Assembly: GCA_003140935.1 (NCBI GenBank)
Contig: PLLJ01000052.1
Coordinates: 12,642-76,641, forward strand
DNA length: 64,000 bases
Source: Candidatus Omnitrophota bacterium
Lineage (GTDB): Bacteria > Omnitrophota > Omnitrophia > Omnitrophales > Aquincolibacteriaceae
Reading direction: 5' to 3'
A program made the translations under genes and the position numbers. The notes below the pieces were generated by a model. The model was not told where the DNA came from. It ran no database searches and saw only the letters and a list, made by a program, of their open reading frames with translations. Shown here one piece after another: positions 59,232 to 64,000 of this stretch (the first letter of the stretch is position 1; each line of letters starts with the position of its first letter).

Positions 59232-60554
59232 ATGTCCTATCGATTTGTCTGCAACCATTGCGGGAAAAAATTCGAGTTGGAGACTCCTGAAGCCAAGGAA
59301 TGTCCCGGCTGCTTTTGGAGCTCATCCGTTAAACGAGAGGATGAATTACTTTCTCAAAAAAAAGACGCTTCACGTTCCTCTCAAGCTGCTGGATCCATGC
59401 CGGATCATAAAATTCCTTCAGGGAATTTAAAGTATCTCTTTCTTGCGCTGCTCTTTATCGCCCTTCTTGCCGCGGTCGGATTTTTAGCTTTTAAGGCTTA
59501 CAAGATATTTATTTCGTCTTCTCCGCAAAGCTGGGGAACGTTTTCGATCAGGCCTCCAAGCGATAGCAAACGGTCCGAAAAGCCGGTGGCTGATCCGGTG
59601 GCGTTGCTTCCGTCACAGGAAAAAGCAATGCTCATTCGTGAAGTAGCAATCCCAATGGATCGGACGCCGGATCCGGGCGAGCAGGAGATCCTTGGCCGGT
59701 CCGTTTCATTCCAAACGGGGTGGATCGAAAAATTACCTTCTGCCGCGTGGACGCTCGATCAATATCAAAAAATGATCGCGAATCAGGAAGCATTCTATAA
59801 AATGCCTTTTGCGAGAAGCTATAAGAAAAAGCTCGAGGAGTTATTTAAGACCCGATATCTCGCGGCTACGGACGCATTCGCAAAAGGAGATGCGCTATCG
59901 GCCCGGAATCTCTGGGTAGAATCTTTGGCGTTTCCTCTCTATTCCACGGATCTGAAGAAGCATCGCGCTGTCGCACTCACGATGCTCCGGCCTTTTATCA
60001 ACGATACCCTTTCTAAAGTAAGCGCCATGAACCAGAGCCTTCTAGACAGGGGGAAAAAGGCCAGAGAACAAGCTTTAAGCGTGGCCTATCAGAAGCTCAC
60101 TGGGCTGATCGCCCAAAAGAAATGGGAAGAGGCACTCGCCACGGTCGGGCAAATGATCCCGGAGGTCGATCAACTGCGCAAGAATACGACGCCTCCGGAA
60201 GTGCTGCCGCCTTATCCGGCGGCCTTCGGAACGATCGACTCGGATCTTCAGCGACCCTTGATGGATTTAATGGTGCCGAGTCCTTCCTCTACCGCCGATC
60301 TCCAGCCCTTGCAACAGGACCTGGTTGAGAAGAAAGAAGTGATCGAAACGTTCACAGAAGCCTATTTAAAAAGCGCTACAACGGTTTATCAGTCGGCTTT
60401 GGGATTAATCCGTGACAAAAAGTGGCAGGAAGCGATCCAGGTGTTGGAATCCATCCAGGGACCGCAAGTGCTTCAGCAGGACGCAGCAGGGAAGATCGCG
60501 ATTCTCAAAAAAATAGCAGGGCCAGTACTTGATTCATCCGGGAAAACCAGCTAA
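59232..60554 (+). CDS. Zinc-ribbon / single-TM membrane protein with large extracytoplasmic helical domain
   Basis: N-terminal CNHCGKKF...CPGCFW. TM segment LKYLFLALLFIALLAAVGFLAF. Confidence 0.45.
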   Translation: MSYRFVCNHCGKKFELETPEAKECPGCFWSSSVKREDELLSQKKDASRSSQAAGSMPDHKIPSGNLKYLFLALLFIALLAAVGFLAFKAYKIFISSSPQSWGTFSIRPPSDSKRSEKPVADPVALLPSQEKAMLIREVAIPMDRTPDPGEQEILGRSVSFQTGWIEKLPSAAWTLDQYQKMIANQEAFYKMPFARSYKKKLEELFKTRYLAATDAFAKGDALSARNLWVESLAFPLYSTDLKKHRAVALTMLRPFINDTLSKVSAMNQSLLDRGKKAREQALSVAYQKLTGLIAQKKWEEALATVGQMIPEVDQLRKNTTPPEVLPPYPAAFGTIDSDLQRPLMDLMVPSPSSTADLQPLQQDLVEKKEVIETFTEAYLKSATTVYQSALGLIRDKKWQEAIQVLESIQGPQVLQQDAAGKIAILKKIAGPVLDSSGKTS

Positions 60555-60571
60555 GCTTCGAGGGTAGTGCC

Positions 60572-60973
60572 ATGAGTGGCGATGCATCGGGTTTGAGGAC
60601 CCTAAAAACGCGCCGGAGCGTTTTCGCTCTTGTGGCAGATATGGCCACCGCAACCCAGATCGTTAAATGTGCGGCCGGACTTCATATTGGAGTAAGGAAT
60701 TTTGACAGTACGGAAAAATTAGTGGCACAGGCCGCAATCGAGAGGCCTTTTCTTGTGATCCTCGATCTTGAAAAACGTGAGGCCGAGGCGTTTCGGGTGC
60801 TCAACGAATTACATAAAAATGCCGATTTAAGGAATGTCCCTACGGTGGGCTTTGTAACACAGGCGAAAGTGATGGTAAAACCCGAGGCCGAGAAGGCCGG
60901 TTGTTTCCGGGTCTATCTGAAAACGGCGTTCGGCAGGGAACTTCCGGACCTGATCGCGAGGTATGCGGTATGA
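60572..60973 (+). CDS. Stand-alone receiver (REC)-like protein
   Basis: FLVILDLE around the putative phospho-acceptor Asp. 133 aa. Confidence 0.4.
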   Translation: MSGDASGLRTLKTRRSVFALVADMATATQIVKCAAGLHIGVRNFDSTEKLVAQAAIERPFLVILDLEKREAEAFRVLNELHKNADLRNVPTVGFVTQAKVMVKPEAEKAGCFRVYLKTAFGRELPDLIARYAV

Positions 60974-61269
60974 TATTGCACTTAGGACATGATCTTCCTG
61001 TGAAAGAAACGAGCACGCTGGATTGCGAGTCTCCGGCCTTCACTTCGGAAGAGATACGTATCGTCAAAAACCAGATTCGCAGGAACATGGCGGTGATCGA
61101 CGCGCACGTCCGCCGGATCGATCTTTTTGTGAACCATGAATGTCACGCGTCGCGTGCGGGATTGATCGAACATTTGCGGGAGCGTCTTGGGGTCCTGATG
61201 GAAGAGAACGATACTTTTCGCAAGGTCCTGTGGAAGCAGTACCAAAACCTAGGAGTGAATCTGACATGA
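60972..61269 (+). CDS. Hypothetical protein
   Basis: About 99 aa between the REC-like gene and glgC, with translational coupling overlaps at both ends. Confidence 0.3.
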
Positions 61270-62528
61270 GCCGGCGCGTTACGACCCTGATCCTTGGCGG
61301 CGGACAGGGGAAGAGGTTATTTCCGCTTACGAGTTATCGCTCCAAACCCGCTCTTCCGATCGGCGGTAAATACCGCCTAGTGGATATCCCGATTTCGAAT
61401 GCCATCAATTCGGGTCTCCGACGCATCTTCGTTCTGACACAATTCAATTCCGCCTCGCTTCACCGGCATATCCACCGGACTTATCCTTACGAGGCGTTCA
61501 CTAAAACGAGCGTGGAGCTTCTCGCGGCCGAGCAAACGACCGAGAACACGGACTGGTTCCAGGGGACCGCAGATGCGGTCCGGAAATGTATGCCGCACTA
61601 TCGAGCGGATGCTACGGATGTTTTTCTGATCCTTTCCGGGGACCATCTTTACCGGATGAATTACAAGGAGATCCTGGGGTTCCATGAAATGCAACGGGCG
61701 GACGTGACGGTCGCGACGGTGCCTGTACCGGAGCGGGTCGTCAAGGGATTCGGTATTATGAAGCTTCAAAAGGACGGCCAGATCACGGATTTTCTTGAAA
61801 AGCCCACCAAGAACGATGATGTGGGGTCCTATACCATGCCTAAGCCCCTTTGCGATCTCCATCACGTAAAGGCCAAAGGCCCCATGTATCTCGCGTCGAT
61901 GGGAATCTACGTTTTCAATCGCAATGTGCTTTTGGACGTCCTTGCCGGGAGCGAAAAAGATTTTGGCAAAGAAATCATCCCGAAGGCGATCAAGAACTAC
62001 AAGGTTTTTGGTCATGTGTTCACGGATTATTGGCGTGATATCGGAACGATCGGCAGTTTTTATGAGGCGAGCATCGAACTCACGAGTGCAAACCCGCCGT
62101 TCAGTTTTCTTTCTCCGGAGGGGCGCATCTTTACCCGCCCCAGGTTTCTGCCGCCTTCCAAGATCCTCGGAACGGAACTGGATCATGTTCTGATGTCCGA
62201 AGGCTGCATTCTGACGGGCGCCAAGATCCACCAATCGGTGGTGGGTTTACGTTCGGTCGTAGGGACAGGGACCGTCGTCAGTAAAAGCATTCTGATGGGG
62301 AATGATTATTATGAATGGCCGGATTCGTCGCTGGATTGCCGGATTGGGGTCGGCAAGAACTGCGTGATCGAGAATTGTATTATCGACAAGAATGCGTCGA
62401 TTGGGGATGGTGTTAGCATTACGAACGCCAAGGCGATCGACGAGAAGGACGGCGACCATTATTACATTCGCGATGGTATCGTGATCATTCCGAAGGGTGT
62501 TCACATCCCATCCGGCACGAAGATCTAG
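61266..62528 (+). CDS. glgC: Glucose-1-phosphate adenylyltransferase
   Basis: LILGGGQGKRLFPLTSYRSKPALPIGGKYRLVDIPISNAINSG start. Left-handed beta-helix C-terminus. Confidence 0.9.
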   Translation: MSRRVTTLILGGGQGKRLFPLTSYRSKPALPIGGKYRLVDIPISNAINSGLRRIFVLTQFNSASLHRHIHRTYPYEAFTKTSVELLAAEQTTENTDWFQGTADAVRKCMPHYRADATDVFLILSGDHLYRMNYKEILGFHEMQRADVTVATVPVPERVVKGFGIMKLQKDGQITDFLEKPTKNDDVGSYTMPKPLCDLHHVKAKGPMYLASMGIYVFNRNVLLDVLAGSEKDFGKEIIPKAIKNYKVFGHVFTDYWRDIGTIGSFYEASIELTSANPPFSFLSPEGRIFTRPRFLPPSKILGTELDHVLMSEGCILTGAKIHQSVVGLRSVVGTGTVVSKSILMGNDYYEWPDSSLDCRIGVGKNCVIENCIIDKNASIGDGVSITNAKAIDEKDGDHYYIRDGIVIIPKGVHIPSGTKI

Positions 62529-62623
62529 AAGGAACCCTGCTCTTGATCGAATGAACCGATAGGTTCAATGGGGACTTGGTTGGCAGGGATGCATTTCAAA
62601 CATATTTCAACACAGCGAAAATC

Positions 62624-62926
62624 ATGAGCGATAGACCCTTAAAGAACCTTGCGGGTTTTTATTTTTTTTGTCTAAGTTTCTTTCTCTCTTTTTCTCCTCT
62701 TGCCTTCGCTCAACAGAAAACTGGGTCCGAAGAACACGGGCAAGAAACTTCTGCGTTGCAGGCTCAAACTACCATGGCGTCTCTTTTTGGTCGTGGCGCT
62801 AAAATGACGGCCATTCCGAGCATTCGCGGAACGATTGCGCTTCCTGCCTTTGACAATTCAGGAATGAAAATTGATGAAAAGGGGTTAAGTGCTGCTCAAC
62901 GGCAGAAGCAAAAGTTTGAAGACTAA
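62624..62926 (+). CDS. Small hypothetical secreted protein
   Basis: Signal peptide MSDRPLKNLAGFYFFCLSFFLSFSPLAFAQQ. Confidence 0.35.
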   Translation: MSDRPLKNLAGFYFFCLSFFLSFSPLAFAQQKTGSEEHGQETSALQAQTTMASLFGRGAKMTAIPSIRGTIALPAFDNSGMKIDEKGLSAAQRQKQKFED

Positions 62927-63021
62927 CGATCATTCTTCGGGACTCGGGGTTTGTAACAACGAGGCATCCCAATAGACACGAGGAATGAGCCCTCCCGTTC
63001 CACGAAACTTCCTTTTGGAAA

Positions 63022-64000
63022 TCAGTAATTCGCTCGTTCCAGTTTCAGAAGTGCGAACGTCGCGAAAATGATATTTCCGCCCCACGCACTTAGAAATGGG
63101 AAAAGTCTTCCGGATTTTCCCAAAGCAAAGAGAACTGCGTCGCTTACATGAAAGGCGAACACCAGGGCTGCGCATACCAGAACGCTCATAGCGACTGCCT
63201 TGCGGTTGCATACACTCCCCAGGAAAGGAATGGCGAGGAGCAGCATGACGAGCCCCTTCCAGGGGGTGGCCATGCGGTTGTAAAGATCCGATTCTTCCGC
63301 ATACACGGGGATGTCGTTCTCTTTGAGTTTATCAATCGTGTATTTAAGTTCGTGATAAGAGAGAAATGAGCTATCGCTTGTTGTGTTAATCAAGTCCCGC
63401 GGCGTGATCGTAACCTCAGGATAACTTTTCTTCGGAATGATCAAGGGGTTTCCGAGAATCTCGCCTCGGACGTCCGTTTGATATTCTGTGATCCCTTCAA
63501 AAGACCACCGGTCGTCAGCCCAAGAACCTTTTTGCGCAAAGATCTTTTGCGTGGTGTGATGGGTCGCGGGATCCAGCCAGATAATGATCGCGCCTTCGAC
63601 GGTTTTGGGTTTTGGGGAAAATTTCCGGAAATAATAAAGCGTGTTGCCTCCCGAGTAATACGTGACGTTTTTGAAAACTTTTCGATCTTTAGAGTCTTTT
63701 TTCTTCTCGATGTAGATCTCCAAAAGTTCGTTGGCCGTTCGGGAAGTTTTCGGCACCACGCGGTCGGCGACGAGAAAGGTAATGATACCCAGCAATAGTC
63801 CCAGGAAGATCATCGGCCGGACAATCGTCAGTATCTTGAGGCCGGCGGCTTTCATGGCCATGAGTTCGTTATGAAGGCCTAATTGGACCAAAAGGAAAAT
63901 GGTCCCGAGCCACACCGCCCACGCGATCGTCTGGGTAAAGGAGATCGGGATGAGTGACAGATAATAGCGAAGGATGATCAGGATCGGTGTCTTGTTCCTT
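63022..64000 (-). CDS. LptF/LptG (YjgP/YjgQ)-family permease, partial (N-terminus beyond window end)
   Basis: TM-rich C-terminal half plus periplasmic beta-jellyroll. The reading frame stays open to nt 64000 (...ILIILRYYLSLIPISFTQTIAW). Confidence 0.7.
   Translation of the reverse strand, partial: RNKTPILIILRYYLSLIPISFTQTIAWAVWLGTIFLLVQLGLHNELMAMKAAGLKILTIVRPMIFLGLLLGIITFLVADRVVPKTSRTANELLEIYIEKKKDSKDRKVFKNVTYYSGGNTLYYFRKFSPKPKTVEGAIIIWLDPATHHTTQKIFAQKGSWADDRWSFEGITEYQTDVRGEILGNPLIIPKKSYPEVTITPRDLINTTSDSSFLSYHELKYTIDKLKENDIPVYAEESDLYNRMATPWKGLVMLLLAIPFLGSVCNRKAVAMSVLVCAALVFAFHVSDAVLFALGKSGRLFPFLSAWGGNIIFATFALLKLERANY

Noticed and set aside
61377-62234. 285-aa ORF on the - strand
   Set aside because: Antisense to glgC, whose + strand translation has the canonical ADP-glucose pyrophosphorylase N-terminus.

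Overview
This is a 64-kb chromosomal window from a roughly 52% GC bacterium, probably an uncultivated anaerobe-like lineage. It is gene-dense and mostly on the + strand. No rRNA, tRNA, CRISPR array, transposase or integrase was recognised.

Layout, in order:
(1) 1-1.9 kb: the 3' end of a divergent F1-ATPase gamma gene overlapping a divergent beta gene; no epsilon follows.
(2) 2-18.3 kb: a type II secretion / T4P-like locus. It holds a GspE/PilB ATPase carrying an N-terminal MshEN-like domain and a C-terminal PilZ domain, then GspF, an HExxH metallopeptidase, pseudopilins G, I, J and K, GspL- and GspM-like proteins, an ExeA/GspA ATPase, a GspC/PilP-like protein, the secretin GspD, and a membrane-anchored coiled-coil/TPR protein. 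A TPR lipoprotein and a PAS histidine kinase sit on the - strand inside the locus.
(3) 19.8-28.3 kb: housekeeping and efflux genes (tatD, tcdA, a MarR regulator with a palindromic operator, a TolC-MacA-MacB pump, an MFS transporter).
(4) 28.4-30.8 kb: GH13 GlgB.
(5) 31.3-32.3 kb: a csp gene with a long leader that contains an intrinsic terminator.
(6) 32.4-41.4 kb: a cobalamin-riboswitch-controlled operon (btuB, DUF4430-like protein, TonB C-terminal protein, cobQ, PP-loop ATPase, btuF, btuC, btuD, cobO).
(7) 41.5-44.3 kb: ACT protein, fchA, folD, panB.
(8) 44.3-45.8 kb: a REC, degenerate-GGDEF, MshEN response regulator.
(9) 45.8-48.1 kb: small proteins, including a KTSC protein and a secreted chagasin-like inhibitor.
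(10) 48.1-55.5 kb: an 83-bp tandem duplication of a gene 5' end, then an FAD oxidase, two class-B (B12-binding) radical-SAM enzymes, psd, pssA and a LysE-like membrane protein. This looks like a candidate lipid-modification locus.
(11) 55.7-62.5 kb: DUF4912 protein plus GH57 branching enzyme, small regulators, glgC.
(12) The window ends inside an LptF/LptG-family permease gene on the - strand.

The most notable content is a c-di-GMP-linked secretion/pilus motor, a riboswitch-gated B12 salvage operon with an uncharacterised PP-loop ATPase, and the radical-SAM/phospholipid cluster with its duplicated leader.
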